64,000 bases of DNA from a bacterium (GTDB lineage: Bacteria > Electryoneota > Electryoneia > Electryoneales > Electryoneaceae): NCBI GenBank assembly GCA_963675295.2, contig CAXXKJ010000002.1:2720001-2784000 (forward strand), written 5' to 3'. This document shows, in pieces, positions 42,456-53,143 of this stretch. The notes under the pieces were generated by a model. That model was not told where the DNA came from, made no database searches, and saw only the letters and a program-made list of their open reading frames with translations. Position 1 is the first letter of the stretch, and the number at the start of each line of letters is the position of its first letter. The position numbers were made by a program, and so were the translations under genes.

Positions 42456-42776
42456 CTATCTAAAACGTTCCATAATGAGTTCTTGCACATTTCTACGACC
42501 ATCTGTAACCATGAAAAGAATCACTCGATCATCTTCAACTCGATAAATAACACGATAGTTCGTCCAGAATAATTCCCGGTAGGTATGAGTGGACAAGCCG
42601 ACGGTCTCCTTCACCACTGATCCACGTTCTGGATACCGGGTTAGTGTCGATACACTGGACATGATTTCATCCCAGACATGAATCGCGGCTTCCACACCGT
42701 CATGCTGAGCGATGTAGCTCACAAGTTCTTCCAAATCCTGATCTGCATCATCTGTGACAACAATGCGATAGTTCAT
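42456..42776 (-). CDS. RelE/ParE family toxin
   Basis: A..DLEE...YIA, P.RG, YRELF..NYRVIYRV and DGRR; overlaps the antitoxin stop. Confidence 0.9.
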   Translation of the reverse strand: MNYRIVVTDDADQDLEELVSYIAQHDGVEAAIHVWDEIMSSVSTLTRYPERGSVVKETVGLSTHTYRELFWTNYRVIYRVEDDRVILFMVTDGRRNVQELIMERFR

Positions 42777-43051
42777 TGTTGACCCGTAATTTTGTCACGA
42801 ATTCTCTCCATTGCCTCATCAAATGGCTTGACTTTTCCGGCTTCCACTTGTTCTTCACCTCTGTGCAGCAGCTGCATCAACGCCAGCCGCTCCTGGAGCT
42901 GCTCAAATTCCTTCACCGACTGAACAACCACCTTGGCCTCGCCGTTCTGGGTGATGATGTACGGTTCGCCGCCCTCGTTCAGCTTGCGAATCATCTCGGA
43001 CGCATGCGCCTTGAGGTAGCTGATCGGTTTGATCTGGGTCGAGTATTTCAT
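42773..43051 (-). CDS. Phd/YefM family antitoxin
   Basis: IKPISYLK..ASE and P.IITQNGEAK.VVQ. Confidence 0.92.
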   Translation of the reverse strand: MKYSTQIKPISYLKAHASEMIRKLNEGGEPYIITQNGEAKVVVQSVKEFEQLQERLALMQLLHRGEEQVEAGKVKPFDEAMERIRDKITGQQ

Positions 43052-43101
43052 GATGTACTCCGGATTGCTATCGCTGTGCCTGCTGACCTGAAAAATAACT
43101 C

Positions 43102-43155
43102 GTATTCAGATCCGATACAAGACCTGTATTCCGGTCCGATAATAAACCTGAATAC
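43102..43155. promoter_or_regulatory. Candidate toxin-antitoxin operator repeats
   Basis: GTATTCAG...CTGAATAC inverted repeat and direct repeats gtattcagatccgata/gtattccggtccgata just upstream of the antitoxin. Confidence 0.4.
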
Positions 43156-43174
43156 AGTTCTGTTTTCGAGTCCA

Positions 43175-44986
43175 CTACCGAATCAACGTCAATCGCACAT
43201 AACGTGCGGTGCCATCTTCCACACTCAGAACCGCAGCATACTGGCCGGAGGCGATCCCGTCGAACGTTAGCGGCATCTGGTGTATGCCTGCGGTATAGGT
43301 CGTTTGTGGCACGGTCGCGACCCTCTGCCCCATCATGTTGTAGACGGCGACAGACACCGTTTCCGGCCGTTGGAGAGTAAACCGCAGCTGCGTTGTCCCG
43401 TTGAACGGGTTCGGATACGCCGCCGCCAGCTCGAATCCAGCCGGCTGCACCGAAACGATTTCCCTGACCGCTGTCGGGAACGGTTCGAACGTGACCTCCA
43501 GATGCCCGCCCTGCCCGGCCAGCAGCCAGACGGAATCGTCATCATAGTTCGACTCCGGCACCGGGTCGCCATTCAGCAGGATTGAGGTGATGCGGATGGA
43601 TCCGTGCTGGGCGGCGATGGGACGCATGCGGAACAGGTGATCCTCGTTCTGCGCATCATGGTGGAAGTGCAACGTCACCGCCTGTTGGTGGACGAACAGG
43701 TTCGTGTAGAGGTAGGTGTAATAGCCGGTTTCGATGCTGTGGTAGCCGGCCTTGCCGTCACCGCCCTTGACCTCGTTCCACGCCAGCGCGCCGTACCTCG
43801 TGCGGTCGGCATACACCTCACCGTACTCCCGGTCGACGAAATGCGTCATGAAGAAATCCATCGACTCGTCCGCCATGGTCAATGGATCCGGGCCGTCCAA
43901 TAGCCCGTTCAGTTCCAGTCCGGCCATGACAGCCTGTTCCATCTGCCACCACGCCTTGGTCGTGTCCGGATTGCCCCACAGCAGCATCTCACCGGTGAGC
44001 CGGTTATAATCCTTGTACGGGCCACCGTAGACGTGGTCATAGCCGTAGTCCCAGACGTCGTAGAACAGGGTGGCCGCATCATCGAGCAGACTGTAGTCGC
44101 CGGTGACACGGGCGACACGACCGAGGCACCACGCGCTTTTCAGCACATGCCCCATGATCGTCATGGTCTCACTTCCCCGGACAAACCAGTTGCTGGTGTA
44201 TTCCTCCGCGAAGCCGATCGCTTGATCCTGCATCGAGGCGACGAGGTGATCCTGAATCTGCGCGGCCAGTTGTTCCAGGCGGTCGGTGTAGGCGGGTTCC
44301 AGCGTCTGCAGTTGCAGCAGCAGAACGTGAGTCGTGATCGCGTCCACGGTCGCGTTAAAACTCTTCCCATTGGGGAAATCGCCGTCGTAGTTGACGTTAT
44401 CGTAATAGCCTTCCAGCCCCTCGCGGTCATCCCACATGTGTTCGTCCAGCCACGCATAGCCCTCGATCAGCCGTTGCCACATCGTCGTGTCGCCGGTCGC
44501 CTGGACGTACGACGCCAGCCCGAGCAACGCATAATGCTGGTAGAACGCGGTCTTGTCAGCGAACGGATTGATCGGATCGCCGTTGTTGTCGAGGTCATTG
44601 TAGTAGCCGCCGTAATTGCTGTCCCACGCATGCTCGACCATCCAGTCGAGTGCATCCCGGGCGGCGTTCAGGTACGTCATTTCTCCGGTCATCTGGTAAG
44701 CGCGGACAAGACCGTAGGCGTTCCGCGACTGCGTGATCATGTCCTTACTGGTTCCAGTGGGCACGCCTTCCCGCGACACATCGGTGTAGAAGCCGCCGAG
44801 GTCGTCGTCCCACGATGGCAGCCAGAACTGTGCGCAGGAATCGACATAGCCGATGGTCAGCTCCGGCTGTTGCAGGTACACACAGTTGAACTGGGCGAAC
44901 GACGTCACCGCCAGCAGGACGCCGGCGACAATCAGAACGGATTTCTGCAGCACGGGGAACACTCCGGGATTCGGGAACGGGGACAT
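43175..44986 (-). CDS. Secreted AGE/cellobiose-2-epimerase-superfamily protein with T9SS-type tail
   Basis: Signal peptide ending SFA-Q, WD...GGFY, QSR..Y, GH, WWQ.EQ, K.GYH and YPNPFN tail; GGAG RBS. Confidence 0.8.
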   Translation of the reverse strand: MSPFPNPGVFPVLQKSVLIVAGVLLAVTSFAQFNCVYLQQPELTIGYVDSCAQFWLPSWDDDLGGFYTDVSREGVPTGTSKDMITQSRNAYGLVRAYQMTGEMTYLNAARDALDWMVEHAWDSNYGGYYNDLDNNGDPINPFADKTAFYQHYALLGLASYVQATGDTTMWQRLIEGYAWLDEHMWDDREGLEGYYDNVNYDGDFPNGKSFNATVDAITTHVLLLQLQTLEPAYTDRLEQLAAQIQDHLVASMQDQAIGFAEEYTSNWFVRGSETMTIMGHVLKSAWCLGRVARVTGDYSLLDDAATLFYDVWDYGYDHVYGGPYKDYNRLTGEMLLWGNPDTTKAWWQMEQAVMAGLELNGLLDGPDPLTMADESMDFFMTHFVDREYGEVYADRTRYGALAWNEVKGGDGKAGYHSIETGYYTYLYTNLFVHQQAVTLHFHHDAQNEDHLFRMRPIAAQHGSIRITSILLNGDPVPESNYDDDSVWLLAGQGGHLEVTFEPFPTAVREIVSVQPAGFELAAAYPNPFNGTTQLRFTLQRPETVSVAVYNMMGQRVATVPQTTYTAGIHQMPLTFDGIASGQYAAVLSVEDGTARYVRLTLIR

Positions 44987-45054
44987 CTCCCCAACATAAC
45001 AACAAAACCCGTGATCCAAATGGCTCACGGGCGTGATGGATCAAGTCGACAAAC

Positions 45055-47901
45055 TCAGGATGCTTCCTTCAGTCCCAACTCCCGCCGCAGGAACCGGCCG
45101 GTGTGGCTGCCTTCGACGTGCGCGACGTCTTCCGGCGAACCGGCCGTGATCAATGTGCCGCCCTTGTCGCCACCTTCCGGGCCAAGGTCGATGATCCAGT
45201 CGGCGGTCTTGATCACGTCGAGGTTGTGTTCGATCACGATCACTGTATTGCCCTTGTTGACCAGCGACTGCAGCACCTTCAGCAGCATGCGCACGTCCGC
45301 GAAATGCAACCCGGTGGTTGGTTCGTCAAGGATGTAGACCGTCCGGCCGGTGCTGACCTTGGACAGTTCTGTCGCTAGCTTCACACGTTGCGCCTCGCCA
45401 CCGGATAATGTCGTCGCCTGTTGCCCGAGGTGGATGTAGGTGAGGCCGACATCGTTCAGCACCTGCAGCTTGCGTTTCAGGCGTGGGACGGCATCAAAGA
45501 ACCCGAGCGCTTCTTCCACGGTCATGTCAAGCACGTCCGCGATGCTCTTGCCCTTGAACTTGACCTCGAGGGTTTCGCGATTGTAGCGCTGGCCATGGCA
45601 ATCGTCGCAGGTGACATACACATCCGGCAGAAAGTGCATCTCGATCTTGATGATGCCGTCACCCTGGCAGGTTTCGCAGCGTCCGCCCTTGACATTGAAC
45701 GAAAACCGTCCCGGCTTGTACCCACGAGCCTTCGCTTCCGGAAGTTGGCTGAAGATGTCACGGATGTGCGTGAACAGGCCAGTGTAGGTCGCCGGGTTGG
45801 AACGTGGCGTGCGCCCGATCGGCGACTGATCGATGTCGACGACCTTGTCGACGTACTTCAGTCCGTCAATCTCATCGTGCTCGAGCGGGACTTCACGCGA
45901 TCCATAAATGTGACGAGCTAACGACGGATATAGCGTCTCGTTCACCAGTGTCGACTTGCCCGATCCACTGACACCGGTGACCACGGTAAACACCCCGAGC
46001 GGGAAGGATACATCGATCCCCTTGAGGTTGTGTCCGCGTGCGTTCTTGATCGTGATCGCCCGCTTTTTCGGCGGACGGCGTTTCTCCGGAAGCTCGATGC
46101 GGTCAAGATCTGCGAGGAACTGCCCGGTGATGCTGTTGGGGGCTTTTGCGACGTCGTTCGGCGGCCCGGCGACGACCACCTCTCCCCCGTGACGTCCCGC
46201 GCCCGGGCCGAGGTCGACGAGCCAGTCGGCACGTTCCATCGTCTCACGGTCATGCTCGACCACGATCACCGTATTGCCGAGGTCGCGCAGGTTTTCCAAC
46301 GTGTTGATCAGGCGTTCATTGTCACGCTGATGCAGGCCGATGGACGGTTCATCGAGAATGTACAGGACGCCGACCAGCTGGCTGCCGATCTGTGTCGCGA
46401 GTCGAATGCGTTGCGCTTCGCCCCCGGACAACGTGCCCGCCGCGCGGTCGAGGTTAAGGTAGTCAAGGCCGACGTTGAGCAGGAACCCCAGCCGTGCGTT
46501 GACTTCCTTCAGGATCTGCGCGGCGATGGTGCTGTCCCGGTCGCTGAGCTTGAGCTGGTGAAAGAAATCCACGGCTTGATGTATCGACATCGCCGAGAGA
46601 TCGGCGATATTGGTATCGCCGACACGAACCGCAAGCGATTCCGGTTTCAGGCGTTGGCCGTTGCACGTGCGGCACGGCACATGCCCCATGAATCCTTCGA
46701 TCCATTCGCGGATGCCGGCGCTGTTGGTCTGGCGGTAGCGCCGCTCGAGGTTCGGAATCACCCCTTCCCACTTCGTCTTATATTTCCAGACCGACTCATC
46801 GTCGTCCTTCTTCCGCCACTCGTACATCAGTTCGTCGTCGGATCCGTAGAGCACGATGTTCTGGTGCTCCGGCTTCATCTTCTCCCAGGGGGTTCTGAGG
46901 CTGAAGCCGTAATGTTTGGCAGTCTGCTCGAGGCGGCGCATGTACCAGCTCTCGAACTGCGACCCGAACGCCTCCACCGCGCCTTGCTCAACGGATTTGG
47001 ACGTATTCGGTACGATCCGGCGCGGGTCGATCTTCATCGAAAAGCCAAGACCGTCACAGTCCGGACACGCGCCGAACGGACTGTTAAACGAGAAGCTGCG
47101 TGGCTCCGGCGGTTGGAAGTAAAGGTCACATTCGTGGCAGCCGTAATTCTCGCTGAACAGGCGTTCTTCTCCGTCCGCTGTGAGGATCGTGACCAGCCCC
47201 TCCGCCTTGTTGAGGGCGATTTCGAGGGAATCCGTGAGCCGGTTGCGGATGTCAGGTTTGATCACCAGGCGGTCAACGACGATATCGATGCTGTGCTTCG
47301 TCTTTTTGTTGAGCTCAGGCGGGCTATCGACGGGATAAATCTCGCCGTCGACACGCACACGCACGAACCCGTCCCGCTCGATATCCTTGAACAGTTTGCG
47401 ATACTCACCCTTACGGTCCCTTACCACCGGCGCGAGCACCTGCAACTTGGCTCCATCGCCCATCGCCATCACATTGTCCGCGATCTGCTGCACGGTCTGA
47501 CGTTCAATCACTTTGCCGCAGCTCGGGCAGTGCATGATCCCGATTCGAGCGTAGAGCAGGCGCAGGTAGTCGTAAATCTCGGTAACGGTCGCGACAGTCG
47601 AACGTGGGTTACGGCTCGTCGCCTTCTGCTCAATGGAAATCGCCGGACTGAGTCCCTCGATGAAGTCGACGTCCGGCTTCTCCATCAGGCCGAGGAACTG
47701 GCGTGCGTAGGCGGACAGGGATTCCACGTAGCGCCGCTGGCCTTCGGCGTACAGGGTGTCGAACGCGAGGCTCGACTTTCCGCTGCCGGACAGTCCTGTG
47801 ACCACGGTAAGCTGGTTTCGCGGGATGGTGACGGTGACGTTCTTCAGATTATGTTCACGTGCACCGACGATTTTTATCTGATCGGGCTCCTGGGGTGCCA
47901 C
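45055..47901 (-). CDS. uvrA: Excinuclease ABC subunit A
   Basis: [31 protein letters not shown] twice, GVSGSGKS and zinc fingers. Confidence 0.98.
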   Translation of the reverse strand: MAPQEPDQIKIVGAREHNLKNVTVTIPRNQLTVVTGLSGSGKSSLAFDTLYAEGQRRYVESLSAYARQFLGLMEKPDVDFIEGLSPAISIEQKATSRNPRSTVATVTEIYDYLRLLYARIGIMHCPSCGKVIERQTVQQIADNVMAMGDGAKLQVLAPVVRDRKGEYRKLFKDIERDGFVRVRVDGEIYPVDSPPELNKKTKHSIDIVVDRLVIKPDIRNRLTDSLEIALNKAEGLVTILTADGEERLFSENYGCHECDLYFQPPEPRSFSFNSPFGACPDCDGLGFSMKIDPRRIVPNTSKSVEQGAVEAFGSQFESWYMRRLEQTAKHYGFSLRTPWEKMKPEHQNIVLYGSDDELMYEWRKKDDDESVWKYKTKWEGVIPNLERRYRQTNSAGIREWIEGFMGHVPCRTCNGQRLKPESLAVRVGDTNIADLSAMSIHQAVDFFHQLKLSDRDSTIAAQILKEVNARLGFLLNVGLDYLNLDRAAGTLSGGEAQRIRLATQIGSQLVGVLYILDEPSIGLHQRDNERLINTLENLRDLGNTVIVVEHDRETMERADWLVDLGPGAGRHGGEVVVAGPPNDVAKAPNSITGQFLADLDRIELPEKRRPPKKRAITIKNARGHNLKGIDVSFPLGVFTVVTGVSGSGKSTLVNETLYPSLARHIYGSREVPLEHDEIDGLKYVDKVVDIDQSPIGRTPRSNPATYTGLFTHIRDIFSQLPEAKARGYKPGRFSFNVKGGRCETCQGDGIIKIEMHFLPDVYVTCDDCHGQRYNRETLEVKFKGKSIADVLDMTVEEALGFFDAVPRLKRKLQVLNDVGLTYIHLGQQATTLSGGEAQRVKLATELSKVSTGRTVYILDEPTTGLHFADVRMLLKVLQSLVNKGNTVIVIEHNLDVIKTADWIIDLGPEGGDKGGTLITAGSPEDVAHVEGSHTGRFLRRELGLKEAS

Positions 47902-47985
47902 GGGCGGATCCTGCTGGTTAACGTACGGAAAGTGAACGAATGTACAGCCGCCGAGGAGAAAATGCCAGAGTTCATCCAGCGGGGA

Positions 47986-48204
47986 TTACACGGTTGAGCG
48001 ACGAGGCTGTTTCCGTGCCGAACGTTGTGCTTTCGGGGGAAACCGGTCATCGAGGAACTGCAGCAGGCGCTGCCATGCCTCTCGCTTGACCATCCGATTC
48101 CAGATCAGGTGGCTGTGCCGTTCGGCCTGGAACACACCGTACACCGCCGCCGCGACGGCGATCGGCCAGGTCCACCAGGGTTGTCTGCGTTTGCGGCGGA
48201 ACAT
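47986..48204 (-). CDS. Small basic hypothetical protein with one hydrophobic segment
   Basis: 72-aa ORF filling the intergenic gap, co-oriented with uvrA; no motif recognised. Confidence 0.4.
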   Translation of the reverse strand: MFRRKRRQPWWTWPIAVAAAVYGVFQAERHSHLIWNRMVKREAWQRLLQFLDDRFPPKAQRSARKQPRRSTV

Positions 48205-48450
48205 GACAGTCGATCCAGCCTCGTTTGTGTTTCTACTCCCGGGTCAGGAAGATAGCGGCTACGAATGGATAGTGGGAGCGGTTGACAGAAAGCTCGTCTC
48301 CCGGCGTACTGACTCCGCCCGAACCCGTCAGTATCTTCCCGGATTCGGGTGATGTTTGCTGGCAACGGCATGAGTGCTGCAGGCAATCGTTCTCCTGAAC
48401 TGTATCAGGCCCTCGGATTATAGCCCGGGATCACAGAAACCAGGTGCAAG

Positions 48451-49671
48451 ATGTCCAAGCAGAAAGCTTCCGCCGGCCGTCGCGGGCCGGATGTCCGTTC
48501 CGACATATTCATCGAGTTGACCCTGACCGATTCGGGTGGTGTAGTCCTCGACATCCAGAGCAAGGTCAAGACCCTGTACGGCGAGTCGATAGACACGTTG
48601 ATCCGTGACGGGCTGGCGCACTTCGGCCTGAAGAACGTGAACGTGATCATTGAAGACGCCGGCGCGTTGCCCTTCGTGCAGATGGCGCGTCTCGAAGCGG
48701 CTGTCCGTCGGTTGGAACTGGACAAGCCAGTCGAACCGTGGTTGCCGGATGCGTTCGATGCATCTCCGCAACCGTCATCCCGGCAACGCCCCCGCCGCAG
48801 CCGTCTTTATCTCCCCGGCAACGAGCCGAAGTTCATGATCAATGCCGCGATCCACAGGCCGGACGGCCTCATCCTCGACCTTGAGGACAGCGTCGCACCG
48901 GCGGAGAAAGACGCCGCGCGGATCATGGTCCGCAACGCTCTGATCCACCTCGATTTCATGGGCGCGGAGAAGATGGTGCGTGTCAACCAGGGTGAACGTG
49001 GCCTGACTGATCTCGAATTTGTCGTGCCATACGGTGTCGACCTGATCCTGCTGCCGAAGATGGAAACGGCGGAACAGGTGGCCGAATTTGACGCACGTAT
49101 CCGTGAGTTGCGAACCAGTGCCGGTGTGGATCACGACATCTGGCTGATGCCGATTGTCGAGTCGGCGAAAGGGGCGTGGAACGCCTTTCCCATCGCGGCC
49201 GCTGCGGAAACTGTCGTTGCATTGGCCATCGGCCTTGAAGACTATACCGCGGATATCGGCGTGCAGCGGACGAACGAGGGCAAGGAATCGATCTGGGCCA
49301 GGCATCAGCTGGTCAACGGCGCCCGAGCGGCCGGAGTCACCCCGATCGACACCGTCTTCTCCGACGTCAATGACATGGATGCGTTGCTGACGTCCGTGGT
49401 TGAAGCTAAGTCGCTCGGGTTCGAGGGCAAGGGGTGCATCCATCCACGCCAGATTCCGGTCGTGCATCAGGGCTTTGCGCCGACGGACGATGAAGTGAAG
49501 AAAGCGAAACGGATCGTGCTCGCCTTTGAGGAAGCTGATCGGCAGGGGTTGGGTGTCGTCAGCCTCGGGTCCAAGATGATCGACCCGCCGGTGGTGAAAC
49601 GTGCGCTGCGGACGGTTGACGCCGCGATTCAGGCCGGGTTGTTAACGACCGACTGGCGCGAAAAGGACTAA
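48451..49671 (+). CDS. Citrate lyase acyl-carrier (CitD-like) domain fused to a CitE/HpcH-family lyase
   Basis: N-terminus AG...RSD, S.V..LYG..I, D.GAL....ARLE.A; then RRSRLYLPGN, LDLEDSV, G.EDY.AD, G..GK.CIHP.QI and MID.PV. Confidence 0.85.
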   Translation: MSKQKASAGRRGPDVRSDIFIELTLTDSGGVVLDIQSKVKTLYGESIDTLIRDGLAHFGLKNVNVIIEDAGALPFVQMARLEAAVRRLELDKPVEPWLPDAFDASPQPSSRQRPRRSRLYLPGNEPKFMINAAIHRPDGLILDLEDSVAPAEKDAARIMVRNALIHLDFMGAEKMVRVNQGERGLTDLEFVVPYGVDLILLPKMETAEQVAEFDARIRELRTSAGVDHDIWLMPIVESAKGAWNAFPIAAAAETVVALAIGLEDYTADIGVQRTNEGKESIWARHQLVNGARAAGVTPIDTVFSDVNDMDALLTSVVEAKSLGFEGKGCIHPRQIPVVHQGFAPTDDEVKKAKRIVLAFEEADRQGLGVVSLGSKMIDPPVVKRALRTVDAAIQAGLLTTDWREKD

Positions 49672-49714
49672 AGCGTCTAACCTCCCGCATCAGATCCGAC
49701 AATAGGAGATCGCC

Positions 49715-50272
49715 ATGTTGACCCACCTCGCCTTCTGGTTCTCCATGGCGTTTCTCGTTTCGGAAGTGATCCTCTCGCGTGTGCGGCGATCCGGGACGAT
49801 GGTGCGTGACGGTGGCAGCCTGCGCGGCTTGCACTGGACCATCGGGATCAGCATCACGCTCGGCGTCACGCTGATGTTCACCGGGATTGGATGGTACCCG
49901 TTCGACCTGGTCTGGCGGTCGGCGTTGAGTATAGGTCTGCTGGTGGTTGGAGCGGTGATTCGTTGGACCGCGATCCGTCAGCTCGGCAAACGGTTCACCG
50001 TCGCGGTCGAAATCCAGTCGGATCACACGTTGATGCGGTCCGGGCTATACCGATTCATGCGCCACCCCTCCTACTCTGGCCTGATGCTACAATTCCTCGG
50101 ACTGACGGTGTATTTCAACAACTGGATCACACAACTATTGATTCTTATACCGATCACGATCTCGATGCTGTACCGGATCCGTGTCGAGGAACGAGCGTTG
50201 CTGGAACAGTTCGGGGATGACTACGCGAACTACATGAGGCAGACAGCCCGGTTGATCCCCGGGCTGTGGTAA
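49715..50272 (+). CDS. Isoprenylcysteine carboxyl methyltransferase family membrane protein
   Basis: LGK.FT, GLYR.MRHPSY.G and RI.VEE..L...FG..Y..Y. Confidence 0.88.
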   Translation: MLTHLAFWFSMAFLVSEVILSRVRRSGTMVRDGGSLRGLHWTIGISITLGVTLMFTGIGWYPFDLVWRSALSIGLLVVGAVIRWTAIRQLGKRFTVAVEIQSDHTLMRSGLYRFMRHPSYSGLMLQFLGLTVYFNNWITQLLILIPITISMLYRIRVEERALLEQFGDDYANYMRQTARLIPGLW

Positions 50273-50298
50273 CGGCTTCATTGTCTTGATGCACGCAC

Positions 50299-50499
50299 TC
50301 AGATCGGCAGCTTCGCCCGCACTTCGTGCCACTTGCGAGCAGTCCACCGCCGGACGGATGGAAACTCCGCGCCGATAATCCCGAGCCCGAGCAGGATGAC
50401 AAGTATCCCGGGACCGGGCAACGGCAGCAACAGAATCCCGAGCACGATAAAAATCGATCCGAGGGCGAGCACAAAGGTTTTACGCAACAGGTCAGCCAT
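50299..50499 (-). CDS. PGPGW-family small membrane protein
   Basis: LLPLPGPG..VI.LGL.I...EF. Confidence 0.8.
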   Translation of the reverse strand: MADLLRKTFVLALGSIFIVLGILLLPLPGPGILVILLGLGIIGAEFPSVRRWTARKWHEVRAKLPI

Positions 50500-50711
50500 G
50501 TGTGGGAGTTTGCTTTCGTCGGTGATCGCGGCTGGAAACGAAACGGCTGCCGAATGGTGTTAACTCGGTTTTACCCTGTTCATTTGACTGAAGAAACGCC
50601 TGCAGGGTTTCCGCTCCGGGTGTCTCCGCGAAAGGTTCCGGAGCCCGAGTTCCCCTCTTGCATTTCGGGGTGAGCTTGTTTCATACTTAGGGCCGCAGCA
50701 AAAACGAGTAT

Positions 50712-50784
50712 TCCCCAGTAGCTCAATTGGCAGAGCGGGTGACTGTTAATCACTAGGTTGGCGGTTCAAGTCCGTCCTGGGGAG
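50712..50784 (+). tRNA. tRNA-Asn(GTT), CCA not encoded
   Basis: Acceptor TCCCCAG/CTGGGGA, D-arm AGCTCAATTGGCAGAGC, anticodon arm GGTGA-CTGTTAA-TCACT and T-loop GGTTCAAGTCC. Confidence 0.96.
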
Positions 50785-50794
50785 CAAGAAAAAC

Positions 50795-50822
50795 AAAGGG
50801 TTAGGCGATTGTCTGACCCTTT
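50795..50822 (+). terminator. Terminator after tRNA-Asn
   Basis: AAAGGGTTAGGCGATTGTCTGACCCTTT. Confidence 0.75.
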
Positions 50823-50831
50823 CTCTTTGTG

Positions 50832-51011
50832 ATTTGGTGCATATGAGGTGCAGTAGATCATTGCGCGCCCCTTATACCATATTTCCTGCACCTGTTGACT
50901 TCACAAGGTGCTGACTCCCTCTTTCCCACTCTTCAGACGATTCACGAAAATCCAAAGTCTACACCTACGCAGTGCACCAAATTGCACCGAGACTGCACCT
51001 GATGTGCACCT
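50832..51011. repeat. Putative integrase arm-type sites, left end
   Basis: ATTTGGTGCATATGAGGTGCAGT at 50832-50854 and inverted TGCACC at 50973, 50983, 50994 and 51005 (10-11 bp phasing). Confidence 0.7.
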
Positions 51012-51157
51012 AACGACAGCTTGAGTAGTTTTATATGCCTGTATTTCCAAGTATATATATCAATATCTCCTGTGATTATTTATCCCCTGTTGACTTTTCC
51101 CGCCCCGTGTTGTAGCTTGACGTAGTGCTTAGACAGCGACATTTTCAGGGAGGCGTC

Positions 51158-52252
51158 ATGGCAACCATCGTGAAGCGGAAATCGAAACGGACAGGCAAGG
51201 TCACCTACCGAGTCCAGATTCGTATGAAGGGGTTCGACCGGCTTGAGGCCACTTTCGACCGGAGGACAGACGCTCGGGATTGGGCGCACCAGACCGAGGC
51301 AGACCTCAAGGCAGGCAAGCACATTGAACGTGCAGAAGCAAAGAAACACACGCTCAACGATGTTATCGAACGCTATGTGGAAAACGTGGCTCCGATGAAG
51401 AAAAGCGGGATGAAGCAGGCACGGCAGCTTGATTGGTGGAAGGAACGGTACGGTGAGCGCCTCCTGTCCGATATCACTCCCGCACTTATTACAGAAGCAC
51501 GGGATATACTGAAACGGGAAGGTGGCCGTGTGCAGGATGCGAAGGGCCGTCCGATTCCTGAAGATGGTGCGAGCAATGCAACCGTCAATAGATACCTCGC
51601 GGCGCTATCGCATGTGTTCACGGTTGCTTCGAAGGAATGGCAATGGGTACGAGATAATCCCGTGTTGAAGGTCTCCCGGCTGAAGGAACCGCGTGGAAGA
51701 GTACGTTATCTGGAGAACGGCGAACAGGAACGATTGCTGGAAGCCTGCAAAGCATCCAAGAATCCCGACCTCTACCCTGCCGTGATCCTTGCGCTTTCCA
51801 CTGGCGCACGGCGGATGGAGATTTGGGGCGTGCGTTGGGATCAGGTTGATTTCCCGCGTGAATTGATCGTGCTGCACGAGACGAAGAACCAGGAACGGCG
51901 TGTGCTGCCGATCAAAGGCCGTGCGCTGGAAATCCTGCGTGAACGGTCGCGTGTTCGTTCGCTTGAATCGGATCTGATCTTCCCGAGCCGGAAAGACCCG
52001 AAGAAACCGATGGATCTCCGCGCTCCGTGGGAAGAAGCGTTGAAACAGGCAGGAATTGAAAACTTCCGCTGGCATGACTTGCGTCATACGGCGGCTTCGT
52101 TCCTCGCCATGAACGGTGCGACACCGGGAGAAATTGCCGAGGTGCTCGGTCACAAGACGTTGCAGATGGTCAAGCGATACAGTCACCTGTCCGAGGCGCA
52201 CACGGCAACGGTTGTTGAGAGCATGAACAAGCGATTTCTGGAGGGAGCGTGA
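51158..52252 (+). CDS. Tyrosine recombinase/integrase
   Basis: TGARRME, TKN, HDLRH, LGH and RYSH catalytic residues; N-terminal arm-binding-like YRVQIR region; GGAGG RBS. Confidence 0.95.
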   Translation: MATIVKRKSKRTGKVTYRVQIRMKGFDRLEATFDRRTDARDWAHQTEADLKAGKHIERAEAKKHTLNDVIERYVENVAPMKKSGMKQARQLDWWKERYGERLLSDITPALITEARDILKREGGRVQDAKGRPIPEDGASNATVNRYLAALSHVFTVASKEWQWVRDNPVLKVSRLKEPRGRVRYLENGEQERLLEACKASKNPDLYPAVILALSTGARRMEIWGVRWDQVDFPRELIVLHETKNQERRVLPIKGRALEILRERSRVRSLESDLIFPSRKDPKKPMDLRAPWEEALKQAGIENFRWHDLRHTAASFLAMNGATPGEIAEVLGHKTLQMVKRYSHLSEAHTATVVESMNKRFLEGA

Positions 52253-52833
52253 AAATCGTGTATCGTGATCGACCCGATCAAAGGTTTGAAATCCGCGTTG
52301 CAATAGACTGCGCAGAGCTGGGAGATACAAGGGCTGCTGAATATCTTCTCGCGGTTGCGAGCGACTATCTGAGTGAGGGAGCCGTAATGCCGCTGCAGCT
52401 TCAACGTTATTTGAGCACAATTTGCAGGAATATTGCTAACTTGTATTTCCATGAACAATTGGGGCAAAACATACAACCAGCCAAGTACAGAGAGGCCCTA
52501 GGTCTTAAGCGTAGGACAAAAACAAAGCGGTCGGAGTTAAATCGTCGAGATCTACTTCTTACAAGAATGGTCTGGGAGAAAATAGAGAAGACTGGACTTA
52601 ACCTAGCGCAATGCTGGTCTGACGTAGCTGAACAATATGGTCTTAGTGAGGCAACAGTTGAGAAAGCATGGCAAAAACACCAGATTGAAGCTGAACAAGA
52701 TTTTGTGAAACTACGAGCATGGAGCACAGCACGAAATTCGGATGAACGACAACGTGCTGCAACAGATCTAGGATTGAATCATCCGCCCGCAACCTCGGTC
52801 AACTGGCCTTTTGTGCTAGACGACGAGACGTAA
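52249..52833 (+). CDS. Hypothetical protein with C-terminal HTH-like segment
   Basis: GTGA overlap with integrase stop; WSDVAEQYGLSEATVEKAW. Confidence 0.6.
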   Translation: MKIVYRDRPDQRFEIRVAIDCAELGDTRAAEYLLAVASDYLSEGAVMPLQLQRYLSTICRNIANLYFHEQLGQNIQPAKYREALGLKRRTKTKRSELNRRDLLLTRMVWEKIEKTGLNLAQCWSDVAEQYGLSEATVEKAWQKHQIEAEQDFVKLRAWSTARNSDERQRAATDLGLNHPPATSVNWPFVLDDET

Positions 52834-52933
52834 GGTTCCCACCAACCAATATTGCGCTTTTCGTGGGCCACCATTTCCCTTCTTACCCCTGATTTTGTGA
52901 TGCAGGACTGTACAACAAAATTGGGGTTTCCTC

Positions 52934-53143
52934 ATGAACGCCACATCAGTAAAGAAGTATTACACTGTCGCAGAAGCGGTCGAAGCTAACCTTTGGCCTA
53001 ACCAGGGCGGGTTGCGCTGGCTGATTTTCAGAGCACACGAAAACGGCCTCAAGCGTGCGCTTCGCCGGGTTGGTCGCCGCGTCTTGATTGACGCAGACGA
53101 GTTTATCCGCTGGATGGATGAACACGCAGAGGAGGCTGCGTGA
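52934..53143 (+). CDS. Excisionase/AlpA-like small DNA-binding protein
   Basis: 69 aa, YYTVAEA...LRWLIF...RVGRRVLID...FIRW. Confidence 0.75.
   Translation: MNATSVKKYYTVAEAVEANLWPNQGGLRWLIFRAHENGLKRALRRVGRRVLIDADEFIRWMDEHAEEAA

Noticed and set aside
42456-43051. Toxin-antitoxin pair as part of a mobile element
   Set aside because: Ordinary Phd-RelE module with no transposase, att site or integron attC nearby.
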